A DNA stretch of 64,000 bases from Takakia lepidozioides (GCA_030704615.1 CM060731.1:82832001-82896000); one strand, 5' to 3'. Shown: positions 22,232 to 35,889, numbered from the stretch's first letter. The notes: generated from the sequence alone by a model not told the origin. Numbers and translations: made by a program.

Positions 22232-23857
22232 TTAGACAGCAGCTTCCAATGGCTCTTGAGATTTCTTCACTTTCTTAGCCTGGTAGTCCTTTACTGCTGC
22301 TTTGATGGCATCCTCCGCGAGCATGCTACAGTGCAATTTCACAGGCGGGAGAGACAAGTGCTTTGCTATATCACTGCACCATCCCAAAACCAGCTCCCCC
22401 AGTTTATGACGACATCACTGAATTGTACATGCATTTCAAACTGATGCTAATGGTTTTGGATTCTGAACGCTTGCAACAGAAATGAAGCAGAGTCAATCCA
22501 ATAAGCATCATCACACCTGGAAAATCTGTACTCCGATGTGAAGAACGGAAATTCGATTATTTCTGTATCCTATAGGACGACATCAGTATTACCTTCAGTG
22601 AGTTCAACCTTAACACAGCCCTTCCTTAGGACATGAAGGCTGTGAAACCTTATGTCTGAGTGGAATAAATACTCAATCTGTCCAGAGTAGCATCCCTGGA
22701 TACACTTAGACTAATATAGACGCAACATTAAACACAGAGAAGTGGACCCACCTATTTGTTATGGACACTGCTTCATCCATGCCCTTCCCTTTTATCCACT
22801 CTGATGCTGCAACCCATCACAGCCACCAATTCATTAAAACCCTTGGCACATCAAATAATTTGCCTACTCCTAATTAATCCGCCCCTCCGCCTTCCTGCTT
22901 CTCACCCTTTGTTGCAGAGGTGAGCTCTCTGCAATGGAACAGAGTCCCTTCCTCAGCAGCAAAATAATGTGTGGTTTGATGAGCTACTATTAAGGAGAAA
23001 ATGATACACAAGCATGCTAGACGAAACTGGCATCCAACCGAATCCTAGACACTCAGAAGCACATCATTAAAAATAACAAAGTTGTGTGTATTTAAAGCCC
23101 TGCCACAACTACTCTTGCCATATGACTCCATGCCATGATGCCCAATGTCTGTCCATGCACTTGAATTAAACCTGGCTGGGGAGACATACAGATGAAACAG
23201 ACTGCAGTATAGTAAAACTATAGCAACTATACCAACAGATGATGAGGCTATGGCAGATCCGCAGCCAAAGGTCTTGAAACAAGCATCCGTAATCTCCCCT
23301 GTGGATTCATCCACTTTGATTTGAAGCTTCATCACATCTCCGCATGCAGGTGCCCCCACCAGCCCTGTTCCCACTGAAGGATCATTCTTGTCAAAGGACC
23401 CCACATTGCGGGGGTTGTTGTAGTGCTCCACAACCTGTTACAAAATGTCATTGACTCCTGTTAAAAAATGAGACTGACAGTCACCTCAAAACCTCTCCCG
23501 GAAGCCAAACACTCCCAACGAGTTCCTCAATTACTGCTGAGTTTAGTCACTCGAGAAACATAGACTAAGCTTATGCACTTCTTATAATTTGCGTGCCATA
23601 ACCTTGAGGCCATGGCACCGTGCACCTAGTTTGAGCTGGCCACAAAGGCAACAAGGGGGAGGGGATAAGAGTGTTCAGGCGCAGTATGGAGACATCCCCA
23701 AGTGGCAATAAACAACCATACTTCAGACTATGGGGGGTTTGGAGCATACTTTCTCATGGTATGCTCTCTTTTCGGCCACCAGTGGCCCCCTTGATGCTTC
23801 TGCGACCCTTGCCGAACCTGCCGCCTTCACCACTCCCCTAGTGATTTGCCCCAACAT
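22232..23857 (-). CDS. ISU1: Mitochondrial iron-sulfur cluster assembly scaffold (IscU/ISU family); exons 23857-23750, 23434-23233, 22806-22752, 22373-22232
   Basis: YHEKVVEHYNNPRNVGSFDK..VGTGLVGAPACGDVMKLQIKV..FKTFGCGSAIASSS..EWIKGK..IAKHLSLPPVKLHCSMLAEDAIKAA; transit-peptide-like N-terminus; consistent splice phases. Confidence 0.96.
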
Positions 23858-24865
23858 GATGCCACGCTGATAGTACATAGAAAGGCCAACAAAAATATGA
23901 GCCCACTTGTCCAAGAACATCCAGGATAAACACCCTGACACAACTTAAGCAGAACAGACCGTGTAAAGCTAAGAACATGCAGGATGTTAGTTTGTGGACT
24001 TTCAGAAAAAAAAGGGAGGTCTCTATCGATTGAATCCCACTACAAACCTATAACCATATTCCCCCGGTGCATCAAGAAGTCACACACGCATCAAAACAAA
24101 AAGTCTCTCTTTCAATACACACCCAGACAACCCAGTCAATCGCAAGACACCGATCATGGATCCACGAGAATTACCCAAATTGAGAACCTCCTACAACATC
24201 CCTCCCCAAACAGACACACTCATCCAGATGCAGCTACTCCTCCACAAAACCTCGACACAGAGATGGAAAATCCACGCAACTTGCCAGAATCGGAGAGAGA
24301 AGATACTCCCACGATATGATCTGCTGCTGCGAGAGACCGCCCCGTTCAACCAGCACGCCACCCTAACCGCACCGCCTCTCTACTCTTTAACTCATTACTT
24401 TAATTCTTTGTCATTATTTTCTTCACACCATCCCTGGCATTGGCTCTTGGGCCTTATTGGGGATAATAAACCCAGAGAGAGGCAGCACACCGGGGTTTGA
24501 ACCTTAGACCCACAATGTCATTGCCTTACCACCACGCGCCGGTTAAGCAATTTTTTGTCATTATTGTAAAAGCATAGGAATATATAATAGTGTAGGATGG
24601 GGGCCCGCCGCCCCACATAAGCGCATGGCATCATGGGCATCATGTAGATAAGCATGGATCTCATGCAACGGACTTTTGGTATATTCACCAACGATCAACA
24701 TCCAAAAGGTTGTATCCAGCGGTCCTCACCAACGGGTCCAGACAAAGAGTCTTTAGCCGATGGTCCGTCCAGAGCGCGTGTCATATGCTAGTTACGCCAT
24801 TGAGTCGCCTCAATCATGAAAAGTAGTAATGATTTGAAAGAAACAATGTCTGTCTGTGTGACGCA

Positions 24866-24938
24866 CGCCGACCGAGGGATTCGAACCCTCGACCACGTGG
24901 TTAAAAGCCACGCGCTCTACCAACTGAGCTAGGTCGGC
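24866..24938 (-). tRNA. trnK-UUU: tRNA-Lys (anticodon UUU)
   Basis: GCCGACCTAGCTCAGTTGGTAGAGCGCGTGGCTTTTAACCACGTGGTCGAGGGTTCGAATCCCTCGGTCGGCG forms a 73-nt cloverleaf with intact A/B boxes. Confidence 0.97.
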
Positions 24939-25664
24939 AGGACAACGTTTACAGATCGGTTTTGAGCTTATATATTTAATCACGCTACCTATTGAGTGCA
25001 CGGAGGGCGATAAAGTTAGTGTCTTTTAATTCAGGTAAGCTTGGCACTGACAAGATATATTGTTGTAGAAGAGGACATAAGCAAATAAACACTCTATCTA
25101 TACACTTGACCAGCTTTGCACTGAAAGATCTTAAAGGTATCATTTACGTAGAAGAGGAGTGGGAAGTACTCCAAAGAGAAACCACCATGGACTAGACCAA
25201 TGTTGGGCGGGTATTACTTTTTCTAATACCAGCCGAGTGTATTGATATATTTTTATTTTTTGTGTGATTTATCAATATTGTATGATTTGACAATAGTAAG
25301 GATCAGCTCACACAATCAGCATTCAAATAACACAAACGTGCTACATTTAGAAATAAAAAATTTCAACTTTTTGCCAGTAGGAACATTAAACGCCAAAATA
25401 TAAAGCACCATATACGGTTTGGAATGATCCTTGTCATTTCACCTTGGAAACAAGACTGAGGTGGGGACATTGCTGATGAGGTGGACTGGGGGTTAGTATC
25501 GTGTGAGCGCAACATAAGCGAAATCAGCGCGAGCATGGAAAAAAGGTCCAATGACCACAAGCCACGGTCATAGGGATAATATGTTTGAGAAATAGGGCCA
25601 CTTACATGGTCTTTTATGAATGTGTTTATATAGTTAGCAACATGATTAAACGGTACATCAAAGC

Positions 25665-25810
25665 AAAGTCTTACTTACAAAACATCGTTCGCCAAGGCTG
25701 CCCCTTGTCCCCTTTCTTATTTCTAATCGTAGCTGATGGTCTTAGCCACCTATTCAACCAAAATTATGACATTGTTGGCCTTAAAGTGCAGCACCCCTCC
25801 ATTCCTGAGT
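25665..25810 (+). mobile_element. LINE reverse-transcriptase fragment
   Basis: IVRQGCPLSPFLFLIVADGLS is the conserved non-LTR RT domain-4 motif. Confidence 0.7.
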
Positions 25811-26179
25811 ATTACAGCATGAAGCCTGCAATCAGTCCGTGTATTGCATGATTGTTCTTGTCATCTCGTTAGATAGATTCTTGTATATTGTCTTGAGTTC
25901 GCACTGCAATTGCCCCCAATGCGCTGCGCTGTGACCCCATAGTAAAGCCACCGGAGGACAAGAACCTGGAGCATGTGCCCGCCAGGCTTACGAACAAGGA
26001 AATGAGCGAGGAGCAGCTCGAAGGAGCCATCGTCGCCTCGTGCACTACACTAGGGACGAGCACGATTGTTGGCGCTGCTACGTCGGAGCGTTGGGATACG
26101 TCGTAGTCCTGTCAATAGAGAGCATTAGGAAGCCCCAGGACAACTGCCCATGTATCGAGGAGCTAGACGAGCTCATACA

Positions 26180-27787
26180 ACGAGCAACAAAGGCGTGAGC
26201 AGAACCCGTGAGCAGATTCCTTTATGCGTGAGTGGATTCCCCGAAGCGTGAGCAGATTACTGATGCGGACCCTAGAACCGAGGGAACAAGTGGGCCTATT
26301 GTCGTGGACGCAAACTCCACTGCAACGACGCGATCTCCTCTCTATCGGACCGGAGACAGACAGGCTCCATGACGACAATGTGGCACGAATGTGCGATGAA
26401 AAATTTACGGATGAATGTATTTGGGATGGACTTAAAAGGGAATGGATTAACATTGGATGAGTGGCAGATGAAAAACTGCCCAGATGATTGAACCATGGAT
26501 GGCTGCAACAACATCTATCCTCAGGGATCAGCATGCGTAGAGAAGCAGGCATTAAGCTGTCGTCAACGACAGCTTAAATCGTAGCCCCTGTCAGCACATG
26601 ACAAATGAACCCATGAATATCTCCCCAGAACAAATATGTCCCCTGGAAAAAACCATAGGGAGGATCTTTTTTGTGCAGAGAAGCAGGCATTAAGGTGTCG
26701 TCAACGACATCTTAATTCCCAGCCCTGTTGGGACATGACAACGAATCATAAGTTATGTAGTCCGAGGAATTTGTAGATGTCATTCACCCCAAATAGCACA
26801 CCAGAAGAGCGGCATTAAGGTGTCGTCAACGACACCTTAATCTAGCACCTTCGGGAAAAATTAAAAAATTAAAAATAAAATTTGAAAACTTGCAAATGAA
26901 CCCAACCCCTGCTTTGCAAGCAAAAGACCTGGCGTTTACCCAGCATGGATTTTTGGACACCAGGAAGAATGACATGACAACGAATCATAAGATATGTAGT
27001 CCGAGCGTAGATGTCATTCACCCCAAATAGCACATTCGGGGGGAAAAAAAATGGATTAAGGTGCCAGATTAAGGTGGCGCATTCGGGGTAAAATAAAAAT
27101 AAAAAAAATCGGACTTTTTTTGTTTTGTTTTGTTTTTTTTTGGAAAACTTGCAAACAGATTTTGAGTTGTCATGTTACGCGGAGGCTGCAGCGGGCGATT
27201 TAGTCTCATTTCATCTCCCCCTCCTGTGCTTTACGACAGAGATGGTTTTTAGTAGAGCAGGACTAGTGTCTTCATAGACAATTGTGCCTTCGTTTTGGAC
27301 ACTGACTCCAGTAGCAGTGGATAATCTTCGTCGGAATGAATCGACTGTTTTCAAACAATTTTTATTAAAGCACCAAATGGCCTCTCCACCTTCTTTGCAA
27401 TTGGGTGTGAGCATCTCTCTCGACTTAAGATACCTGGTAAAAGGACAACCACAACCTTCCTCAGTTGGCACAGGTTCACTCTGGAGCTTGAGGGATTCGG
27501 CAGCCACTACTGAAAAATATTTTTTAATTTTCCATTCATCCACAAATTACATTCATCCAATGCCATTCGTCCAACATACATTTATCGGCCATTCATCCAT
27601 CATTCATCCGTCATTCATCCATAACGATGAATTGGTATGCATGTTATACTGGACACTACCCGCAGTAATAGGTCCTCTAAGCTGAATAGGTGTCCGCGGT
27701 TATAGGTGAGCAGATCTTGAAGCGTGAGCAGAAATTTGCTCACGGAATTTTTTGCTTACGGATTCTGCTCACGCTTTAGCAATCCCC
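26180..27787. mobile_element. Non-autonomous MULE related to the nested 6886-18208 element
   Basis: Perfect 9-bp TSD GCTCATACA (26171-26179 and 27788-27796); 21-nt termini ending in GCGTGAGC as in the nested element; subterminal CGTGAGCAG, CCGCGGTTATAGG and GGATGAATG motifs; internal palindromes. Confidence 0.85.
26552..26840. repeat. Three 26-bp palindromes TTAAGSTGTCGTCAACGACASCTTAA
   Basis: Copies at 26552-26577, 26690-26715 and 26815-26840; share the core TGTCGTCAACGACA with the 9927-10650 array. Confidence 0.9.
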
Positions 27788-29556
27788 GCTCATACAGAGG
27801 GCCCTGGTGAGATTTTGGAGGGAAGACCTCGAGGAAGGGTGACGGCGCAGAGCTCTTCTGAGCTGGAAGCAACTAACTCAGAAGAAATACAGTAATGGGG
27901 GTCTGGGCATTATTGATCCACAAGCACAGATCTGTGCTCTTCTTGCGAAATGGGTCCCAAGGATTTTTTCGCATTTCACTTCCCCTTGGAGCTTGATAGT
28001 AAGACATCATATCCTTCAAGCTCGTCCGACGCCTGTCTCGGTTTGGCCCCAATCTCTCAGATGGATTGTCCAAGGAGGTTCTTCCAATTCGGTAATGTCC
28101 CCTAGTTCAGGGGCCTGACATTTTATTTGGCATTCCTGATTTTCTGTCCGTTATCTTCTTTCCCAAAAATCTCCGAGCTCTCCGGAAGAGGCTCTCAGAC
28201 AGCCTTTGTTTGGTAATTTTAATCTGGACTCTGAGCTGTTGGTTAAGTGCTCCCCCAGATGGGCGCATTGGGAAGCTGCGGGGTTTCCAATTTCATGCAC
28301 CTATGGGAGAATGGTTCCCTTCTTTCCCCTTCTTGGCAGTTACTACCCTCTCAGCTACTAGGAGTCAAGGCGGGGTGGGAGTCTATCACTGATGACATCC
28401 CTGAGTCATGGATTTCCCTAACCTCGTTCCCTGCTAATAGAAGGTGTCTTTTTTGTCTAGGTTGGTTGTGAAGTTGGGGGCTTCAAGTTCACTTTCTATA
28501 TATGAACTATATCGCTCGGGAGCTTCACTTCATGGTTGAGGAGTTCAAAGTTTACAGCGCATCTTGCACTCCCCGAAGCTTTCTTCCTCCCTGGAGGCCG
28601 ACTTCCTCTTCGTTGTTCGGGTCTTTTGCATGACGACCGGGGTTGTTAACCCCTCCGCTGACAATGGTTGCCACACAAATCCTAAGTTTCTTTGGTTCTT
28701 GACTGCCCCTCTTGCCCTGCTCCAGTTTTACCTAGGAGAATGGATCTGGTGCGACAGGAAACACTCCCATCTTTTTGCTTACTCTGTCAAGCTGGGTTAC
28801 TCCCTGTTAAACCCCACGGCCTCTTTGGACCTCAAATTGACAAAAAAATGGTCTCATCTGGCTGATCATTCTTGTTTCGTGGAAAGCTGTTTGGAAGGAT
28901 GTCTAGAGGAAAGATAGGGCTGCCAAAATTTATGGTTTCCTTTGGAAGTTGGTGAACAAGATATTATCAGCCTTACCTGCTTTCAGAACACACCTCATTT
29001 TTGCAACTTTTGCCCCTTTCAATCTTCTGAATCTCTTCGGCATTGCTTTCTTTACTGTCCAGTGGCTAGGCATACCTGGATTAAGGTTATCTCGTTCTTT
29101 GTTTTTTGGAAACCTCTGCCATTGGCCTTCTCTACTGTTGTGCTTCTGAACTTTGCTGGAGGATCATTATGGTCTTCATGCCCTGTCTGGGCTGCCCTTA
29201 GGGCGCACACCTTGTGGCTCGTTGTGAACGGGCCTCAAAGCCGGTTTGTGTTCGGGCTATATTGTATAAGACTCACTCAGACTTATTGTCTGAAGCTCGT
29301 AAGGCTTGGCGGATGTTGGGATTAGCTCTTCACAGATGCGGACAGAGGATGAGACTTCAATTGCTCGCTGGCTTTGATGGATTATGGGGAAATGGAGGTC
29401 GGATCTGCACCAAGGAATTGGACTCAAGGGTTACCTAGTGTGACAACATCCCTTTAGGCTGATAGTTCCCTTAGTTCCAAGCGCTCCCCTCTGGGGGGGA
29501 GAGGAGGCTGATGTCAATTGGCGCCACCGTAGATCTTCTAGGAAAAGGAAGGCTAA

Positions 29557-30132
29557 TGTCACAGACATAGCCCAGAGGAACTTACCAGGAGTAAATACCA
29601 GAAGTTACCAAGTTACCAAGTTACCAAAAATTACCGTGATCTACCATGATTTATCATGATTTACCATAAGTTACCATTAGTTACCAAGTTTCCGGGAGTT
29701 TACCAAATTACCAAGAGTAACTTGGGAAACTGCTCAGGAAGCTTCATTTGGAGGAAACTTCTCCATCAAGAAACCTCCTTGGGGAAGCCTCTTAGGGAAC
29801 CTCCTAGTAGCAAGTATATATAGGAGGCGAGATTGGACACTCTTCAGTCTCGCCAACACAAGTTCAAGGTACTCTTGTTCCCAGTTTAGTACTCCAATCC
29901 AGCTTCCAGTATTTAGTCCACTTTCCAGTATCTGGTACTCCAGTCCAGTTTCCAGCATTCCAGTATTCGAGTCGAGTTCCAGTATCTTGTACTCTTGTCA
30001 ATTGTTATAAAGATCATCTTGATTCATGTTTATCCACCATGCATTCGGCCACGCCGACCTTGACTTCTAATCTAGTCTTGTACCTCTAGTCTGATCTCTT
30101 GTTTGTGTTCAGTCATGTTCTCATCCTTGACA
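29557..30132 (+). repeat. 5' LTR
   Basis: tgtcacagac...ccttgaca; TATA-like tatatata at 29815-29822. Confidence 0.95.
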
Positions 30133-30135
30133 GTT

Positions 30136-30146
30136 TTGGCGAGACT
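30136..30146 (+). promoter_or_regulatory. Primer-binding site complementary to LTR 29846-29856 (self-priming type)
   Basis: TTGGCGAGACT is the exact reverse complement of AGTCTCGCCAA, located about 24 nt downstream of the end of the LTR TATA. Confidence 0.75.
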
Positions 30147-30171
30147 AAATTTTGTTCCTTAGTTAGTTAAG

Positions 30172-33100
30172 ATGGAAGGCACATTTGCGGAAATGGTCGC
30201 CACATTGCAGAGTCTTCAGCTCCAATGCAAGAACGTCGTACTTCTAAGAACTTCGTATTCTACTACCGCCCAATTACAAGCTGATCAGTCTCAAGATCTG
30301 GCAACGCTCTCCACATTTGCAACAACAAATTTCAGAGTTAAAAGAGTCGAATAATGGATCTTCAACCATACAAGTCTCTACTGCAACAACTCCTACTGCA
30401 ACGGTTCCTCTTCAACAGATTACGAGAGAACCAAAGATCAGCATGCCCGAGAAATTTGATGGGACGAGATCAAGATTTCGCGGTTTTGTTCAATAAATAT
30501 GACTATTCCTACGACTACATCCACAACGTTAACCCGATGAAGGTATTCAAGTGGGATTCGTGGGTACCATTCTATTTCAAGCCATTGACGCCACATGAAA
30601 AATAAAGACGGCGCTCGAATGGATTATGCCTATATTGCGGAGAAGAAGATCACATAACATTAAACTGTCCCAACAAGAGAAGGTTCAAAGCTCGGGGCAT
30701 AACTCCAGTGTTCCATACGAGGAGGTCGGAAAACGAAGATGTCCAGTCACGGTAGGGACCATGCGGCTGGACACCACAAATTCCTTACCAAATTCTATCT
30801 CAGACCCTGCACCTTGTTTCACAGTTCCGATAAAAATCAGAGTGCAAAATCAAGATATCTCTGTAGAAGCACTTTTGGACTCAGAGGCTTCATCATGTTT
30901 TATTTACAAAAGCTTTGCGAAGCAACACAATTTAACGCTCGTAAAGAAGAAACTCTCGGCCCCCGTTGAAGTCATCGATGGACGACCATTAGCATCAGGA
31001 AATGTTGACCATGAAACTCGACCACTTGAAGTGAAGCTTGAAGATCAAGTATCACATATTGTTTTCAACGTCATCCAGTCTCCAACGAATCATGTGATCC
31101 TTGGACTTCCCTGGTTCGTACTTCACAATCCTGACATCGACTGGCGATCGCCAAAATTTCTGCAAGATAAAAATGTAGAAATATCAAAGGTATTCTACCC
31201 ATGTTCCTTGGAGCTAGAGCTTTCATGAGAGCTACCAAAAAAGATGCGGCATTTGCATTTTATGCGACTCCGATCAAGACCACAGCAGACAAAGGTACTT
31301 CGACATTACCCACTCAATATCAAGATTTCAAGGATGTCTTCGAGAAGAAAAATGCAGACATATTGCCATAACATCGACCTTATGACTGTTCAATTGAGTT
31401 ACAAGAAGGAGCCCAACCACCATTCGGCCCAATCTATAACTTATCCCAGACGGAGTTGGCTGCATTACGTAAGCCTACATTGATGAAAATTTGTCGAAGA
31501 ACTTCATCCGATATTCAAAATCACCTGCGGGGGCACCTATTTTGTTTGTGAAAAAGAAAGACGGATTATTACGCATGTGTGTGGACTATCGCAGTCTCAA
31601 CAAAGTCACAATTAAAAATCATTATCCGTTGCCGCGGATTTCTGGGCTTCTCAACCAACTGGGACGAGCGAAGATTTTCACCAAAATTGACTTGAGATGA
31701 ACTTATAACTTTGTACGGATAAAAGAAAGAGACGAATGGAAAACAACTTTTCGAACAAGGTATGGACATTTCGAATATAGTGTTATGTCTTTCGGTCTTA
31801 CAAATGCTTCAGCAATTTTCCAACATATGATGAATGACATCTTTCGAGAATTTTTAGATGACGTTGTAGTCATCTATTTGGAAGACATTTTGATATTTTC
31901 AAAGAATGATGAAGGTCATGGCCGCCACGTACGCCTTGTCCTTGATAAATTAAGAGAAAGATGACTATATGCCAAGTTAAAAAAAATGTATTTTCCATCA
32001 ATCTGAGGTCGAATTTATGGGCTACATTATTTCCGACAAAGACGTCTTTATGGATCAGAAGAAAATACAAACCATCATCGAGTGGATTAAACAAACTTCG
32101 GTCCGAGATGTACAATGTTCTGGGATTTGCAAATTTCTATAGAATCTTCATCAATGACTACTCCCAAATTGCTGCACCATTGACACGACTCGCAGGGAAG
32201 GACAAATTTGTATGGGACGAGGAGGCTGACCAGACATTTGAAAGGTTGAAGCAGACATTTACAACGGCCCCGATACTGTTACATGCAGACCCATCTAAAC
32301 CATTCTTTTTTGAAGCAGGTGCATCGAACTTTGCACTTGGCGCTATACTCTCTCAATACGGTATGGATGGCCGACTTCACCCTGTTGGTTTTCATTCTCG
32401 CAAATTTTCCGCTGTAGAGATCAATTATGAAATCCATGACAAAGAACTTTTAGCGATCATTGATGTTTTTGAGGAGTGGCGTCATCTATTGGAAGGAGCT
32501 AAACATCAGGTCACTGTCTACACCGATCACAAAAATCGAGAGTATTTTATGAGTGCTCGTGTTTTGAATCGACGTCAAGCGAGATGGAGTATGTCACTAG
32601 CAAGGTTTGATTTTGTTATTATTTATCGTCCCGGACATCTTCAAGGAAAACCAGATGCTCTTTCTCGACGATCATATCTTGCGCCAAAAGAAGGGGATGT
32701 AGCTTTTGACCAACAGAAATCCATCATCTTGAAACCAACAAATCTCCAATTGAATATGCTATGCATGTCCACCTATGACGATGCAGAGATCATAAAGAAG
32801 ATTTAGGAAGCACTGAAGAGCGACCAATTTGCTACGACACTACGAAGTCAATTAAATCGACCGCGAGACAACCCACATGTTACAAACGACTTCGAATTCA
32901 AAGATGACTTACATTATTTTAAGGGACTGCTTTATGTACCTCCAGGACCTACACGACTGCGAATTCTTCAGACATGTCATGATCTTCCGGCTGCAGGACA
33001 TTTCAGCTTCAACAAAACAATAGAATTGATATCCATAGACTATTGGTGGCCACAGATGTGGAAACTCGTGAAAGAATTTATAAAATCTTGCGACACGTGT

Positions 33101-34217
33101 GCTAGAGCGAAGGGACCACGACATCGACCTTACGGCCTTCTTCAACCATTACCCATTCCCAATGGTCCATGGTCGTCCGTGTCTATGGACTTTATTACGG
33201 ACCTTCCAATTTCCAAGACCACCGATTCAATCCTTGTTATTGTAGATCGTTTTACAAAGATGACACATTTTATTCCATGTAATAAGACGATTACCGGCGA
33301 GGAAACTGCAAGACTCTTCCTCAATAATATCTACCGCATTCATGGACTCCCGAAAGATATCGTATCTGATTGAGGACCACAGTTCATATCAAATTTTCTG
33401 GAGGGGATTATTTCACATATTGGATACTAAGATCAATCTCTCTATAGCTAATCATCCACAGACTGATGGTCAAACCGAATGCGTAAACCAGATTTTGGAG
33501 CAGTATCTTCGCTGTACGATAAATTATCACCAAGATAATTGGACGGATCTTCTGTCATTGGCTGAGTTTGCCTACAACAACACTATACATTCTTCGACCA
33601 AACAAACTCCATTTTTCTCCAATTATGGTCATCATCCTCGAGCAAACCATTTCCACATGAAGACTGTTGGTAGCCCTGTTGCAGAAAACCTTGCTACGAT
33701 TCATAAAGAGCTTACATTCCACCTCGAAGAAGCTCAAAAACAATACAAGGAGTATGTAGATCAACATCGCCAACTCCAACCCCAGTTCAAGGTCGGAGAT
33801 CGTGTGTGGCTTCTTCGACGGGACATGCAAACCTCGCGACCATCAAAGAAGTTGGATTATCAACGTCTGGAACTATTCAAAATTATTCGACAAATAAATC
33901 CGGTCAGTTTTCGGCTTGAACTCCCACGAAGTATGCACATCCATCCAGTCTTTCACGTTTCATTATTGGAGTTGTATCATCCATCGAATATTCCAGGGAG
34001 AGTCTCTATACCACCTCCATCAATTGAAGTCAATCAGGAAATCGAGTATGAAGTCGACGAAGTCCTAGACTCTCGCATCAAGTATAAACGTCTTGAGTAT
34101 TTCGTACATTGGAAAGGCTACGGCATCAGCGAACGAACGTGAGAACCTTCATCCAACCTTGCCAATGCATCTGACAAAGTCCAAGAGTTTCATTAACGAT
34201 ATCCAGCTAAGCCCTGA
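30172..34217 (+). pseudogene. gag-pol pseudogene (partly deleted gag, CCHC knuckle, protease, RT, RNase H, integrase, chromodomain)
   Basis: MPEKFDG; CLYCGEEDH; ALLDSEAS; [24 protein letters not shown]; NYEIHDKELLAI; WSSVSMDFITDLP; HPQTDGQTE; YEVDEVLDSR...YFVHWKGY. Confidence 0.93.
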
Positions 34218-34386
34218 GCTATACGTCAATAAGACGTCACAACGATGATGTCAACCAAGTTAGCTTCAAGGTGAAGACTCCACATTTAGTGTATCTGATA
34301 CCCACTAAGGAGGGAGGTTTTCCAACTATAAGCAAGTCCAAGATTTTACCGCACCTCGAGGAACTCGGCACTAGAGGAAGGGGTGA

Positions 34387-35034
34387 TGTCACGGACATAG
34401 CCCATAAGAACTTACCAGGAATAAATACCAGAAGTTACCCAAGTTATCATGTTACCAAAAGTTGTCGTGATCTACCATGATCTATCATGATTTACCATAA
34501 GTTACCATTAATTATCAAATTATCGGGAGTTTACCAAATTACCGAGAGTAACTTGGGAAACTGCTCAGGAAGCTTCATTTGGAGGAAACTTCTCCATCAA
34601 GAAACTTTTATTTAACCTTAGAAACTTCTCCATCAAGATACCTCCTTTGTTTAAGGAAACTTCTTCATCAAGAAACCTCCTTGGGGTAGCCTCTTAGGGA
34701 ACCTCCTAGTAGCCAGTATATATAGGAAGCGAGACTGGGCACTCTTCAGTCTCGCCAACACAAGTTCAAGATACTCTTGTTCCCAGTCTAGTACTCCAGT
34801 CCAGCGTCTAGTATCTAGTCCAGTTTCCAATATCTGGTACTCCAGTCCAGTTTCCAGCATTCCAATATTCGAGTCAAGTTCCAGTATCTTGTACTCTTAT
34901 CCATTGTTATAAAGATCATCTTGATTCATGTTTATCCACCATGCATTCGGCCACGCCGACCTTGACTTCTTATCTAGTCTTGTACCTCTAGTCTGATCTC
35001 TTGTTTGTGTTCAGTCATGTTCTCGTCCTTGACA
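34387..35034 (+). repeat. 3' LTR (with internal ~70-bp expansion)
   Basis: tgtcacggac...ccttgaca followed by TSD gctaa; gaaacttctccatcaaga repeated at ~34585-34675. Confidence 0.95.
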
Positions 35035-35889
35035 GCTAAGGCCCAACTCTTTTTTGGTAGCATTAGTTGATCTCTGCTCATGTGGCTGAACTTTGAATTG
35101 GATCTTGGTAGTGGTCATCTCTGCTTGTTAGCTGTTTTTCTGGGTGTTAGTCTTACACCCTCCTGCTTCTGTTTGGTTTCTATCTGGTTCCATCTCCTTA
35201 TATCCCGACAACTACTTTTTCCCTGGAGCTCCTGCTCCTTCTCTCGATTTGGTCACGAAGCTGTGCATTCTCTTATCGGCCTCTATGGCCCTCATCAAGA
35301 GGTTATTTTTTCCTCTATGTAATTCTCGGACGTTGTGTCCATATCTATAGAGTTTTCTAGGGCCTCCGTCCCCTGTTCGTTAAAAAAAAAAAAATTGGTG
35401 GCACAAAGTTTAGGTTTTGCAGATTTTTGTGAAAAAAAATTGTAGGCGTTTAGGGGTTAAAGGGCTGGTGTGTAAGAAAAAAATTACCTTGAAGATAAGG
35501 ATAAAACTAGATTATAGTTCACAACATACCTTTCTTTATCCACCCTGGTCAAATTCAGGGTTTATGGGTCCAAGATATATTGATATTATTTTTGATATGC
35601 ATTGTTCAAGAAAGCTCTTCAAATGAGGGACATGAACTTATTTGGGTTCTCAAAGTGAGCTGCTGAAAGATGGCAGACTGTGTACAAAACAACACACTAA
35701 AAGAAGAAAGAGAGAAACATTGCAGTGAGACTTCCCAACAGATATTACATAGAGCCCCCGATCTGCTCCAGAGATGCAGAGAAGAGACAGTGCAATGCCC
35801 ATGGCAGCACCAAGAATGTCGCAGAGGGATGTGTAAGGCAACAGAAGTGTAGTGTTTTTTGGTTGGGGGGTTGTTGGGCTTCTAGCACA

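Larger units (their letters stand above)
29557..35034 (+). mobile_element. Ty3/Gypsy chromovirus-type LTR retrotransposon (Tf1/Tcn1-like), degenerate
   Basis: LTRs 29557-30132 and 34387-35034 (TG...CA); 5-bp TSD GCTAA; PPT at 34373-34386; gag, protease, RT, RNase H, integrase and chromodomain order with frameshifts and stops. Confidence 0.96.
27855..35394 (+). mobile_element. 5'-truncated degenerate L1 LINE (27855-29556 and 35035-35394) interrupted by the Gypsy element
   Basis: GGLGIIDPQAQICALLAKW; zinc-finger CNFC..SESLRHCFLYCPVARHTW; WAALRAHTLW; poly(A) tail at 35382-35394. Confidence 0.75.

Noticed and set aside
27211-27543. 110-aa ORF inside the non-autonomous MULE
   Set aside because: No similarity seen to the transposase or ParB-MTase and no recognisable domain
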